In this document: positions 19,646 through 29,375 of the stretch, piece by piece
Layout of the letters: the number at the start of each line of letters is the position of its first letter
How positions within the stretch are numbered: the first letter of the stretch is position 1
NCBI GenBank assembly: GCA_965220745.1
Contig: CBDCQT010000010.1
Span: 704,001 to 768,000 of the forward strand
Source: Alphaproteobacteria bacterium
GTDB taxonomy: Bacteria; Pseudomonadota; Alphaproteobacteria; UBA828
Length of the DNA: 64,000 nt
Direction: 5' to 3'
The notes under the pieces: generated by a model
Told to the model about the DNA's origin: nothing
Seen by the model: only the letters and a program-made list of their open reading frames with translations
The model's database searches: none
Program-made: the position numbers and the translations under genes

Positions 19646-19852
19646 CCCACCTCCCCCTGTCCCCCTCCCGACTCTTTTTATTTCCCTCAACGGCGGGCGC
19701 TCGCTCCGCTCGCTTGCCTACGCGCTTACGCGCGCGGCGCAGTCGCACCGTCCGGGCCTGCGGCCCGGCAGGGCGGAGGGGGAACGTGGGTGGCGCCGCC
19801 TACTCTCCCTCTCCTCCCCGCCGGGGAGGAGAGGGCCGGGGTGACGAGAGGG
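19646..19852. repeat. Family B palindromic element copy 2 (inverted) with ~100-bp nested insert at 19670-19770
   Basis: cccacctccccctgtccccctccc is the reverse complement of 14388-14411. ggcggagggggaacgtgggtggcgccgcctactctccctctcc is the near reverse complement of about 14340-14382. Confidence 0.8.
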
Positions 19853-19888
19853 CCGGGTCGCCGTGATCCCGTGAGGTCGGGTAATGCT

Positions 19889-20212
19889 CTACCCCTCCGG
19901 CTCGTTGCCCGGCAGCGGGATCGTGAGCATGAGCGAGGACAGGCTCTTGCCGTGGATGTCGAGCGCGCCGGTCGCGGTGACGCCGCCGCCCTGCACCCGC
20001 TCGATGACGAAGTTGAACGCCCCGAGCCCCGGCAGGGTGTAGCGGCGCACGGGGCCGTCCGCCAGCGGAGCGAAGGCCGCCGCCACGCGCGCCTCGGTCA
20101 GCTCGCGCTTGAGCCGCTCGTAGCCCGCCTCGTTGTAGGCGATTACCGAGACGTTGACGCTGTGCCCCTTGTCGCCGGCGCGGGCGTGGGCGAGGTCGTG
20201 CACGGTCAACAT
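19889..20212 (-). CDS. AtuA-related small protein (C-terminal domain partner)
   Basis: AHARAGDKG, VRRY.LP.L.A.NFV, GGGV, D.HGKSLS. Confidence 0.85.
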   Translation of the reverse strand: MLTVHDLAHARAGDKGHSVNVSVIAYNEAGYERLKRELTEARVAAAFAPLADGPVRRYTLPGLGAFNFVIERVQGGGVTATGALDIHGKSLSSLMLTIPLPGNEPEG

Positions 20213-21558
20213 CAGCCGGCGTCCACCACCTCGACGCGGGGCGTGACCAGATGGCGCGGCAGCAGCACAGACTGCACCGCGAGGATCTCGCGCACGCTCG
20301 CCGCGTCCCCTGCCCCGCCCGCCGGCCCGTTGGTGTAAAGCGCCGCGACCTCGAAGCCCACCGCTTCTGCCGCCTTCCTGTCCTGCGTGCGGCCGGTGAC
20401 GCGGAGCCTGACCTCGTAGGGCTCGGGCCGGCTCGCGCCCGCCCCATGCAGGCTGTCGATCCCGATCAGGCGGGCGTCCAGCGCGTCGTAGGCGAAGCCA
20501 CGCAGGCGCAGTCTCTCCGCCACGATCTCGCCAGCGAGCCGGGCGCGGGCGACCGCGTTGGGTCCGCCGTAGGAGAGCAGCCCCTCCCCCAGGTAGCCGT
20601 CGAAATAGCCGATGCTCACCTTGTGTGTATCGGTGCGCGGCTGCGCTCGCGCGCCGCGGAGTGCCACCCGATCAGGCCCCGCCTCGTCCAAGGCGATGCC
20701 GGTCATGTCCAGTACGCAGTCGGGCGTGACGTAGGCCGCCGGGTCGTCGACCTCGTAGAGCAGCTGCTCGGTGCAGGTGGCGGCGTCTATGCGCCCGCCG
20801 CTGCCGTCGCACTTGCCGATGGTGACCGAGCCTGCATCGGTCACGTCGGCGAAAGGGAAGCCGAGGCGCGCCAGGCCCGGCACGTCCTTGACGCCGGGGT
20901 CGGCGAAGTAGCCGCCGGTCACCTGGCCCGCGCATTCCAGCAGGTGACCCGTCGCCGTGGCCTGCGCGAGACTGACGTAGTCGTCGTAGTCCCAGCCGAG
21001 CGCATGGATGATAGGGCCGACGAAGAGCGAGGGGTCGGCGACCCGGCCGGTCACCACAACCGGCGCCCCCGTTTCCAGCGCAGCCGCCACCGCGTCTGCC
21101 CCGAGATAGGCGTTGGCGGACGCCATGCGCGGCAGGACGCTCTCCAGCGGCACGCCGGTCTCCATCAGCAGCAGGTCGGGGCGGGCGGTGACGGCGCCCT
21201 GCACATCGTCGCCCAGCAGCACCGCGCAACGGCGATCGTCGAGCCCGAGCTCGGCCGCGATCTCGGCCGTCTTGCGGCCCGCCGCCAGCGGATCGGCGGC
21301 GCCCATGTTGCTGAGCACGCGCACGCCTTGCGCCGCGGCCGGCGGCAGCACCGCGCGCATGCGGTCCTCAAGCTGGGGGTTGTAGCCACTCCCCTGCCCC
21401 CGCCGCAGCGCGAGGGTTTCGCGCGCGATGGTGCGCTCGGCCAGGCACTCGAAGGCGATGTAGTCGATACCGCCGCGTTCGACCAACTCGACCGCCGGCT
21501 CCCAGCGGTCGCCGGCGAAGCCCGCGCCGGAGCCGATCCGTACTCTGTCTCCTGCCAT
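20212..21558 (-). CDS. Acyclic terpene utilization AtuA family protein (DUF1446)
   Basis: RIGSGAGFAGDR, ECLAERT, NAYLGA, TGRVAD, GHLLECAGQVTGG, EQLLYE, YTNGPAGG. Confidence 0.9.
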   Translation of the reverse strand: MAGDRVRIGSGAGFAGDRWEPAVELVERGGIDYIAFECLAERTIARETLALRRGQGSGYNPQLEDRMRAVLPPAAAQGVRVLSNMGAADPLAAGRKTAEIAAELGLDDRRCAVLLGDDVQGAVTARPDLLLMETGVPLESVLPRMASANAYLGADAVAAALETGAPVVVTGRVADPSLFVGPIIHALGWDYDDYVSLAQATATGHLLECAGQVTGGYFADPGVKDVPGLARLGFPFADVTDAGSVTIGKCDGSGGRIDAATCTEQLLYEVDDPAAYVTPDCVLDMTGIALDEAGPDRVALRGARAQPRTDTHKVSIGYFDGYLGEGLLSYGGPNAVARARLAGEIVAERLRLRGFAYDALDARLIGIDSLHGAGASRPEPYEVRLRVTGRTQDRKAAEAVGFEVAALYTNGPAGGAGDAASVREILAVQSVLLPRHLVTPRVEVVDAG

Positions 21559-21594
21559 CGCCCCTACCGACGCGGCACGGCAGGGGGATGCGCC

Positions 21595-23994
21595 CTAGGA
21601 AGCCCCGCGCGCCGCCTGAATCTTGCGCCAGAGCGAATTCGGCCTGAGGGGCAGGTCGGTGATCTCGATATCGAAGGGCTCAAGCGCATCGCAGATCGCG
21701 TTGCAGAGCGTGCCCGGCACGTCGGACGGCCGCCCCTCGCCGATGCCGCGGCTCCCCAGCGGCGTGTAGGGGCAGGGCGTCGGCGCGTGCGTCACCTTGA
21801 TGTCCGGCACGTCGGCGGCGGTCGCGAGCTTGTAGTTCTCGAAATCGGCGGTGAGCTGCTGGCCGTTCTCGTCGTAGACGAACTCCTCGAACATGGTGTT
21901 CGACAACCCCTGGACGATGGCGCCCTGCATCTGCCCCTCGACGATCTGCGGGTTGATGATCTGCCCCACGTCCTCCGACGTGGTCCAGCTCAGGATCTTG
22001 AACTGGCCGGTCTCGATATCGACCTCGACCGTGCAGACATCGGCGTTGAAGGCGATCATCGGCTTCTCGGCCTCGAAGAACGCCGTGTGCTCGAGACCGC
22101 CGGACTCGCCGTCAGGCAGGTTGATCGGCGCCATGATGACGCGCTCCACCGCCTCGCGGAACGTCTTCTTGATGTTCGCGTCCTTCTGGTAGGTGACGAA
22201 GCCGTCCGCGAAGGAGAAGTCGGCCGGCGACGCATCGGCGAGGGCCAGATCGTGGGCCATGATGCGCGCGATCTTCTCCTTCAGGAACTCGCAGGCCTGG
22301 ACCGCGGCGCTGACGAAGTAGGAGCCGGCGCGGGCGCCCACGGTGCCGGAGCCGAAGGGCGTGGTGCCCGTGTCCCCCGTGGTCACGACCACGTCATTGG
22401 GGTGGATGCCGAAGCTGTGGGCAACCGCCTGGGCCACCGTGGTCTCGTGCCCCTGCCCGCCGGGCGCGTCGCCCTCGAACACCAGCACCTTGCCGCGCGG
22501 GTCGAGCCGCACGGTCGCCGCACCATAGCCCGGCTGGTTCTCCATCGGCACGAACAGCTCGGAGGCGACGCCCGATAGCTCCACGCCGAGGCCGAAGCCG
22601 ATGCCGAGATAGCGGCCTTCGGCCCGCGCCTCCGCTTGGCGCGCGCGGAAGCCCGGCAGGTCGGCCTCTGCCATCAGGTTGTCCCACACCTTGATGAAGT
22701 CGCCGCTGTCGAAATACTCGTTGGTGATCGACATGTGGGGGAGCGTGGCGACCAGGTTCTTGCGGCGCACGTCCGCCGGCTCCATGCCGCAGCGCTTGGC
22801 CACCATGTCGATGGCACGTTCCATGGCGAAGCGCGTGGGAAACTCGCCGAAGGCGCGGGCCGGCGAGAGCGCCGACTTGTTGGTGATGGCGACCTTCACC
22901 TTGATGTCGCCGATCGGCCAGTCGTAGGCGTTGGGCAGCTCGACCGCGCCGAGGAAGGGCATCAGGAAGCCCCAGTAGACCCCCTCGCAGCCATCGCCGC
23001 AGTCGGCGAGGCCGCGATCGCGGATCGCGAGCAGCTTGCCGTCGCTCGCTGCAGCCACCTCGAGATCGTGAATCTGGTCGCGCTCCTGGCTCACCGCCAT
23101 CAGGTGCTCCTGGCGGGTCTCGATCCAGCGGATCGGACGGCCGAGCTTCTTTGCCATGTAGGCGATCAGCATGGGCTCACGGTAGAACGGCGCCTTGACG
23201 CCGAAGCCGCCGCCCTGGTCGCGCGGTGCGATGATGCGGATCTTCTCGGCGGGGATTTCGAGGATGTCCGAGAGCGCGAGGCGGTCGATATGCGGCCGCT
23301 GGGTGGTGAGCCAGCCGGTCAGGCCATCCGATTCGTCCCACTCGAAGAGCGCGCCTCTGGTCTCCATCGGTGCCACGCCGCAGCGGTGGCAGGTGAAGCG
23401 CTGCTCGATCACGATATCGGCGCTGTCGAAGACCTCCTGGACCTTGGCCTCGTGCGCCCGCTGGCTCTCCTCGTCCGCGCCGCCGGTGAAGTCCATCTGG
23501 AAGATGACGTTGTCGGGCCAGTCCTCGTGGACGATGGTGGCGCCGTCCGCGAGCGCGCTCTCGGCATCGCCGACATAGGGCAGCGGGTCGTAATCGACCT
23601 CGATGGCCTCGGCTGCGTCTGCAGCGACGTAGGGGTCGCGGGCGATGACCGCCGCCACCGGCTCGCCGTGCCACTTCACCTTGCCGACCGCGAGCGGCCA
23701 GTGCTTGGGATAGGTGGCGGGCAGCGCCGGCTGCACCACCGGCTGCGGCATGGGTAGAATCTCGTCCTTGATGTCGTCGCCGGTGACGACCGCGACGACG
23801 CCTGCCATCGCCTTGGCCGCGCTCACGTCGACGCTCTTTATCGTGGCATGCGCGTGATCGCTCCGCTTGAACACGATGTGCAACGCGCCCGGCCGCGCGA
23901 TATCGGCTAGGAACCGCCCCTTGCCCGTGATGAGGCGATGGTCTTCCTTGCGGTGGAAGTGGCTGCCGACCCAGCCTTCGCTTGTCCCGGTCAT
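21595..23994 (-). CDS. Xanthine dehydrogenase family molybdopterin-binding large subunit (CoxL-like, not form I CODH)
   Basis: RKED.RL.TG.G, GGGFG.K, GQGHET, NPQIVEGQ..G, RGIGE. Active-site loop reads PARAFGEF. Confidence 0.9.
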   Translation of the reverse strand: MTGTSEGWVGSHFHRKEDHRLITGKGRFLADIARPGALHIVFKRSDHAHATIKSVDVSAAKAMAGVVAVVTGDDIKDEILPMPQPVVQPALPATYPKHWPLAVGKVKWHGEPVAAVIARDPYVAADAAEAIEVDYDPLPYVGDAESALADGATIVHEDWPDNVIFQMDFTGGADEESQRAHEAKVQEVFDSADIVIEQRFTCHRCGVAPMETRGALFEWDESDGLTGWLTTQRPHIDRLALSDILEIPAEKIRIIAPRDQGGGFGVKAPFYREPMLIAYMAKKLGRPIRWIETRQEHLMAVSQERDQIHDLEVAAASDGKLLAIRDRGLADCGDGCEGVYWGFLMPFLGAVELPNAYDWPIGDIKVKVAITNKSALSPARAFGEFPTRFAMERAIDMVAKRCGMEPADVRRKNLVATLPHMSITNEYFDSGDFIKVWDNLMAEADLPGFRARQAEARAEGRYLGIGFGLGVELSGVASELFVPMENQPGYGAATVRLDPRGKVLVFEGDAPGGQGHETTVAQAVAHSFGIHPNDVVVTTGDTGTTPFGSGTVGARAGSYFVSAAVQACEFLKEKIARIMAHDLALADASPADFSFADGFVTYQKDANIKKTFREAVERVIMAPINLPDGESGGLEHTAFFEAEKPMIAFNADVCTVEVDIETGQFKILSWTTSEDVGQIINPQIVEGQMQGAIVQGLSNTMFEEFVYDENGQQLTADFENYKLATAADVPDIKVTHAPTPCPYTPLGSRGIGEGRPSDVPGTLCNAICDALEPFDIEITDLPLRPNSLWRKIQAARGAS

Positions 23995-24008
23995 CCGCTT
24001 CGCCTCCG

Positions 24009-24482
24009 TCACCTGGTCTCTTTCGCGGCCTGACGGACCGCGTCGACGATGTGCGCGTACCCAGTGCACCGGCAGAGGTTGCCGACCAGCCCGTGACGGA
24101 TCTCGTCGTCCGTCGGGTCCGGGTTCTCGCGCAGGAACTCGTCCATGTTCATCAGGATGCCCGGCGTGCAGTAGCCGCACTGCAGGGCGTGCTGCTCGTT
24201 GAAGGCGCGCTGCAAGGGCGAGAGCTCGCCGCCCTGGGCCAGGCCCTCGACGGTGGTGATCTCGTGCCCGTCGGCCTGGGCAGCGACCATCAGGCAGGAC
24301 TTCACCGCCTCGCCATCGATCTGGACCGTGCAGGCGCCGCAGACGCCCTCGTAGGTGCAGCCGATGTGGGTTCCGGTGAGCGCCGCGCGCTCGCGGATGA
24401 AGTCGACCAGCAGCATGCGGACCGGCACGGTCTCCTCGAAGACCTCGCCGTTGATCGTCACCGTGATCGTGGTGGTGCTCAT
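24009..24482 (-). CDS. (2Fe-2S) small subunit (CoxS-like)
   Basis: GC..GVCGACTV, VKSC, QCGYCTPG, GNLCRCTGY. Confidence 0.93.
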   Translation of the reverse strand: MSTTTITVTINGEVFEETVPVRMLLVDFIRERAALTGTHIGCTYEGVCGACTVQIDGEAVKSCLMVAAQADGHEITTVEGLAQGGELSPLQRAFNEQHALQCGYCTPGILMNMDEFLRENPDPTDDEIRHGLVGNLCRCTGYAHIVDAVRQAAKETR

Positions 24483-24504
24483 TGCCGGGCCTCCCTTTCC
24501 GCCC

Positions 24505-25383
24505 TTAGCCGGCCGCTCGCACAAACGCCGTGGCCGTGACCTCGGCGCCGAGCGAGCGGATAAGCTGCTTGCGATAGTCGCTGTCGGCCCAGAGGTCTTC
24601 CTGGGTCTCGATCTCGTCTGCGGCCTTGGCGAGCGCCGCCGCGATGCCCACGTCATCGCCGGCATCGACGCCGACCAGGGCCTCTTCGGCGGCGCCCGAG
24701 CGCGTGGGTCCGTTCGCGAGGCCGCCGACCGCCACGCGCGCGCTGGTGCAGCGCCCGTCCTCTGCCTCCAACGCGACGCAGACCCCGATCACCGGCAGCG
24801 CGTCGGTGACGAGGCCCCACTTCTTGTAGGCGCTGCCGGCGCTCCCCTTGGCCGCCGGGATGGTGATGGCGGTGAGGATCTCGTTCTCCTCCCGCGCCGT
24901 CTCCAGCGGGCCGCCGATGAAGTCTTCCGCTGCGAGGGTGCGCGTGCCGCCGTCGGCCGCCGTCAGCTCCAACTGCGCTCCAAGCCCGATCGCGGTGGGC
25001 GGCATGCAGGCGGCGACATAGTTCCAGCATAGGCTGCCGCCGATGGTGCCCCGGTTGCGCACCTGCCGGTCGCCGACGCGCTGGGCCGCGTCGCGGAGCG
25101 CCGCACAGGCACCGGTGAGGCGTTCGTCCCGGGCGATCTCCGCGTAGCGAGTCATCGGCCCGATGCGGACCCCGTCTGCGCCGACATCGATGCCGGAGAG
25201 CCCATCCACCGCCTGAAGGTCGATCAGGCAGCGCGGGCGCACGAGGCGCGCCTTGACGGCCTGCATGAGGCTCTGGCCGCCGGCCACGAAGACCGCGTCG
25301 CCTTCGTCGTAGCGGCCGAGCGCGGCGAGCGCGTCCGCGACCGTCGCCGGCCGCACATACTCGTCGATCGGTGCTGGATACAT
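24505..25383 (-). CDS. FAD-binding medium subunit (CoxM-like)
   Basis: AGGQSL, QVRNRGTIGGS, S.YR..L. Confidence 0.92.
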   Translation of the reverse strand: MYPAPIDEYVRPATVADALAALGRYDEGDAVFVAGGQSLMQAVKARLVRPRCLIDLQAVDGLSGIDVGADGVRIGPMTRYAEIARDERLTGACAALRDAAQRVGDRQVRNRGTIGGSLCWNYVAACMPPTAIGLGAQLELTAADGGTRTLAAEDFIGGPLETAREENEILTAITIPAAKGSAGSAYKKWGLVTDALPVIGVCVALEAEDGRCTSARVAVGGLANGPTRSGAAEEALVGVDAGDDVGIAAALAKAADEIETQEDLWADSDYRKQLIRSLGAEVTATAFVRAAG

Positions 25384-25547
25384 TGTGGCTGCTCCCCCTC
25401 GCTCACCGGCGGCGCATTATAGGTGCGGCGGGCGCTGCCATGCACGGTAGTTTGAGTCGTCTGCCAGCGGCGCCACATGTGGAGCCGCTGGCATAGGCGC
25501 GGCCGACTTGCGCCGATACGCTCCGGGTCTACGCGGCAGGGTGCGTT

Positions 25548-26066
25548 CTAGCGCACGAAGTTCTTCACGTAATCAGCACCGAGGCCGACCTCCTCGTAGT
25601 GCTCGCGCGCGCGGTCGAGGCGGTGGAAGACATCCTCGGCGCGAACGTCCCGGCCTTCCTCGTCCACGTAGTTGACCGAGCCCGAGATCGCGAAGAAGCA
25701 GTGCATCTCGGGGCAGTCGTCATCGACCACGAGGGTGTGGACCTCGCCGGGCGGCTCATAGATGTAGGTGCCCTGATCGGCGATCCAGTCGTGCTCGAGA
25801 TAGCGGAAGGCGCCCTTGAGCACGAGGCCATGGACCGGCGCCGGGTGCCGGTGGCGCGAGACGAAGCCCCCGCCAGTGACCTTGACCACCTCGCACCAGC
25901 CGCCTTGCACGGTGTTGTACATCAGCGGGCGCAGCCAGACGCCCTCCTTCAGCGGCACCCAGATGCGCTCGTCCCCAGGGTCGGTCTGGAGCACGATATC
26001 GGGCGGCGAGAAGGGGTGGGCGCTCGGCGCCGAGATGCGGGTGACGGAAGCGGCGGCCTGGCTCAT
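25548..26066 (-). CDS. 2,4'-dihydroxyacetophenone dioxygenase-like cupin
   Basis: DERIWVP, RHRHP..VHG, YLEHDW, YEPPGEVHTL, HYE.VGLG. Confidence 0.8.
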   Translation of the reverse strand: MSQAAASVTRISAPSAHPFSPPDIVLQTDPGDERIWVPLKEGVWLRPLMYNTVQGGWCEVVKVTGGGFVSRHRHPAPVHGLVLKGAFRYLEHDWIADQGTYIYEPPGEVHTLVVDDDCPEMHCFFAISGSVNYVDEEGRDVRAEDVFHRLDRAREHYEEVGLGADYVKNFVR

Positions 26067-26169
26067 CGGGGCTCTCCCTTGGAGTGGGGGGCCGAGCCTA
26101 GACGATCAGTATGCTGAAGCAAGCGGCGCCGGTTGCCGAACCGCAATATGTGAGCGCAAGGGGCGCCGG

Positions 26170-26441
26170 CTAGCCCGCATTTCTCACCACGGTCACGGCC
26201 TGCGTCGCGTCCAGGCGTTCGATCCGCCAGGAGCGGGCCGAAAAGCGTATCAGGGAATACGGTTGAGGCCCGCGACGACGCGGGCGGGCACCTGGGTGCG
26301 ACCCGAAGGGCGACGCTCTCCGGCCTACAGAGTGCGTCAAGCCGCTCCCCCGATGTCCCCGCATCGCGCTTCGCGGCTTTCCTGCTCTGTAGGCCGGAGA
26401 GCGCCGCGCAGACCATGACCCTGGTGAGAAATGCGGGCTAG
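26170..26441. mobile_element. 272-bp MITE-like element (family C) with ~35-bp terminal inverted repeats bounded by CTAG
   Basis: Left end ctagcccgcatttctcaccacggtcacggcctgcg; right end reverse complement ctagcccgcatttctcaccagggtcatggtctgcg. Internal perfect 19-bp stem 26314-26332/26385-26403. No credible coding capacity. Confidence 0.85.
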
Positions 26442-26557
26442 AACCGCGCGACGCCCCAAGGGGTGTCGACACGCTGCCGCCCCTCGTAGCCGGCAAACAC
26501 ATGCGTTACGCTCGGAGCAACCAGCGCGCCGGTCAGCCGGCAAGGGCCCGAGCATCC

Positions 26558-27292
26558 ATGCCAACAAGCGAGCCTGGTAAGGCCCCAGCCTCCGTCAATC
26601 CGCCGCAGGCGGGCGTGCAGAACCTGAACGACACCGCCTACGCGACGATCAAGGACGACATCATCTCCTGCGCCCTTCAGCCGGGAGAGGAAATCTCCGA
26701 GGGCCTGCTGGTCGCGCGCTACGGCATGAGCAAGGCGCCCATCCGCAGCGCCATGATGCGCCTGCGCCAGGAAGGGCTGATCGTCTCGCGCGGGCGGCAG
26801 GGCAACGCGGTCTCCCCGGTCACGCTGCGCGACATTCAGGAGATCTTTCAGCTCCGCCTCGTGCTCGACGTCACCGCCGTGAGGCTCGCCGCCGGCAAGG
26901 TGGATGCGGTCCGCCTGCGCGCGCTCAACGAGGCCGCGCACGCGACCTATCCGGAAGGCGACAGGGCCGGCCAGGCGGCCTATCTGCGGGCCAATCGCGA
27001 GTTCCACCGCTATGTCGCGGAGTGCACCGGCAACCAGCGCCTGGTCACCCTGGTCGTCGGCCTCATGGAGCAGCACGAGCGCATCGTGCACTTGGGGCTA
27101 GCCATGCAGCGTCGGGAGCACGAGTTCCACCACTTCCACGACGATCTGGTCGACGCGCTGATCGAGGGCGATGGCGAGCGGGCCGCGGAACTGACCGAGA
27201 AAGCGCTGCGCGGCAGCCAGAGGAAGGTGATGGAAGCCCTGACCGACTCGCCGGCGCAGATCGCGCTCGGGCCTGTGGACCTCACGCCTTAG
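26558..27292 (+). CDS. GntR/FCD family transcriptional regulator
   Basis: AY..IK.DI....L.PG, S..PIR.A..RL..EGL, N..FH FCD motif. Confidence 0.9.
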   Translation: MPTSEPGKAPASVNPPQAGVQNLNDTAYATIKDDIISCALQPGEEISEGLLVARYGMSKAPIRSAMMRLRQEGLIVSRGRQGNAVSPVTLRDIQEIFQLRLVLDVTAVRLAAGKVDAVRLRALNEAAHATYPEGDRAGQAAYLRANREFHRYVAECTGNQRLVTLVVGLMEQHERIVHLGLAMQRREHEFHHFHDDLVDALIEGDGERAAELTEKALRGSQRKVMEALTDSPAQIALGPVDLTP

Positions 27293-27438
27293 AGCGCGTC
27301 CGTCTTTGACGGATGCGCGACAGGCCGCGACCGCGGCCCGCCGCGTCAGCGGCGCCCTCGCGGAGGCGCCGGCCGCAGGCCGGCTGCCGTGAGCGACAAA
27401 GTGAGAGAGCGTTTCCGTGCGAAACGGAAATGCTCTAG
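27290..27438 (+). repeat. Family A repeat copy 3 (begins at the GntR TAG stop; intact TAGAGC...GCTCTA ends)
   Basis: tagagcgcgtccgtctttgacggatgcgc...agagcgtttccgtgcgaaacggaaatgctctag. Confidence 0.9.
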
Positions 27439-27475
27439 CCACGCGGCGCCACCCTCGCGCCGACACCTCTGCTCT

Positions 27476-27500
27476 TGACATGTCACACGACATGTCACAA
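27476..27500. promoter_or_regulatory. Putative operator: tandem GACATGTCACA x2, each with a palindromic core, overlapping a TTGACA
   Basis: ttgacatgtcacacgacatgtcacaa, 10 nt upstream of the DUF1007 ATG. Confidence 0.4.
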
Positions 27501-27509
27501 CGTTCCTCC

Positions 27510-28100
27510 ATGGCGACGATGCTCAGGCTATGGGCGCCGGTTGTCGCCCTCACCGTGGCGCTGGCGGCGACCGAGGCGCGCGCCAATCCGGACGTATGGG
27601 TCGAGACCACGATCACCGTGGCGTTCGACGAGCAACGGGTCAGCGGCCTGGATTTTTCGTGGACGTTCGACGACTTCTACAGCGCCCACACCATCCAAAC
27701 CTACGATCTGGATGGGGACGGAACGCTCAATTCGCTTGAGGTCAGGAACCTGCGCGCCGAGACCTTCGATCCGCTCTCACCGGCCAATTATTTCGTGCAC
27801 ATCTGGTCGGGAGAGGAGAAACAGGAGGGGTTCGAGGTGGATCGGTTTGCGGCGCGGATCGAGCAGGCGCAACTCGTCTACGAATTTTCCGTGGGCCTTA
27901 CGCCTCCCCTCGATCCGAAAGCAGAACCGGTGACCGTCAGCCTGTTCGATCGCGATGTTTTCGTGGATTTCAGCTTTTCCGATTCCCCCTTCCTTCTGGT
28001 TAGCGGCGAGATGACTCCGGGATGCAAGTTCCGCGTTGCGTGCGGCGAGGGTGCGCAGTCCGGCCATCCCCAGCCGGTCACGCTCGCCTGCGAGGGATAG
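27510..28100 (+). CDS. DUF1007 family exported protein
   Basis: Signal peptide, W.FD.FYS, D.DGDG.L...E. Sits beside a Ni/Co transporter, as is usual for the family. Confidence 0.75.
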   Translation: MATMLRLWAPVVALTVALAATEARANPDVWVETTITVAFDEQRVSGLDFSWTFDDFYSAHTIQTYDLDGDGTLNSLEVRNLRAETFDPLSPANYFVHIWSGEEKQEGFEVDRFAARIEQAQLVYEFSVGLTPPLDPKAEPVTVSLFDRDVFVDFSFSDSPFLLVSGEMTPGCKFRVACGEGAQSGHPQPVTLACEG

Positions 28101-28106
28101 ACCCCG

Positions 28107-29144
28107 ATGAGTCGCCGGCCCCGCAGACGCCGTCTCCGCAGACCGCTCGCGCTGCTGGGTCTGGCGTGCGTATTGCTTCTGACGAGCCTGTTCGCGGCGC
28201 CGCTCGCGCTCTCGCAGACCGACTCCGCAGCGCCCGCACCGGCCCCCGTCGAGGTCGAGATCGTCGAGGAGGGCGGCGGCCTGTTCGACGGGGTGTCGGA
28301 CTTCCTGATGGACTTCCAGCGCCGCGCCAACGCCGAGGTGGCCTTCCACATGAACGCCATCGAGCGAGGCGAAAATCTCGGTGCCCTCTTCCTGGCCCTT
28401 GCGGTCGCGTTCGCCTACGGCGCCATCCACGCATTCGGGCCGGGGCACGGGAAGTTCGTCGTCGTCTCCTACTTCCTCGGGCGCGAGGCGCGGGTGATGC
28501 GCGGCGTGGTGATGGCCCTGCAGATCGCCATCGTCCACGTCATCGCCGCCATCGTCATCGTCTGGCTCGCCGACCTCGTGCTGCGCGGCGGCTTCGGACT
28601 GGGGCTCTCGGACGTACCCGGCGTGCGCGCCGCGAGCTTCCTCATCATCGTCGGCATCGGCCTCTACATGCTCTACCAGGCTGTCCGCGCCTCGCTGAAA
28701 GCACGCTCAGATGATGCGCACGCACACGGCCACGGTCACAGCCCGCCTCACCGTCACGATCACCCGCACCCTCATGACCACGGCCACCATCACCATCACG
28801 GCCACAGCCACGGCGGCAAGGCGGAAGGCGGCATCCTGGCGCTCGCAGCCGGCATGGTCCCCTGCCCCGGTGCCGTGCTGATCATGCTCTACGCGGTGGC
28901 GAACGACATGATCGTTCCGGGCTCGCTGCTAGTCGCGGCGATGTCGCTCGGCATCGGGTCCAGCATCTGCGTGCTTGGGGTCGGCGCCATCCTCGCAAGG
29001 CAGGCCGCGATGCGGATGATGGAGCGCTCGGGCGGCGGCGGGGCCAACGCGCTCCGGCACGGCATGAACTACGCAGGCGCCGCCCTGGTCACACTCGTCG
29101 GCCTGGTCTCGTTCATCGCCTTTCTCAACACGCCGCTCGGCTGA
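28107..29144 (+). CDS. Nickel/cobalt transporter (RcnA/NiCoT-related), His-rich loop
   Basis: YGAIHAFGPGHGK, His-rich loop, GMVPCPGA. Confidence 0.9.
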   Translation: MSRRPRRRRLRRPLALLGLACVLLLTSLFAAPLALSQTDSAAPAPAPVEVEIVEEGGGLFDGVSDFLMDFQRRANAEVAFHMNAIERGENLGALFLALAVAFAYGAIHAFGPGHGKFVVVSYFLGREARVMRGVVMALQIAIVHVIAAIVIVWLADLVLRGGFGLGLSDVPGVRAASFLIIVGIGLYMLYQAVRASLKARSDDAHAHGHGHSPPHRHDHPHPHDHGHHHHHGHSHGGKAEGGILALAAGMVPCPGAVLIMLYAVANDMIVPGSLLVAAMSLGIGSSICVLGVGAILARQAAMRMMERSGGGGANALRHGMNYAGAALVTLVGLVSFIAFLNTPLG

Positions 29145-29375
29145 CGGGCGGCAATCGCCGCCGGCGTCGGCTGCGCCGACGAGGACGTCACCGCCCCCGG
29201 CTGAGCACCGCTTGACCCAACTTCCGCAGCCCGTCGATGCGGGTCACGATGAAGATGGCGAGCGCCGTGACGACGATGGAGGGGCCGGAGGGCGACATGC
29301 TCCCTGCCGTCATGCCCTCCGCATTCTTGGCGCTTGCCCCTGACGCCCGGCTTCCGAGGGTCAGTGTACAAGCGC

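Noticed and set aside
21595-25383. Aerobic CO dehydrogenase (coxMSL)
   Set aside because: Lacks the AYxCSFR motif and cox accessory genes.
28715-28812. CAC/CAT-rich repeats (also at 29830-29948)
   Set aside because: They simply encode the His-rich loops of the metal transport proteins.
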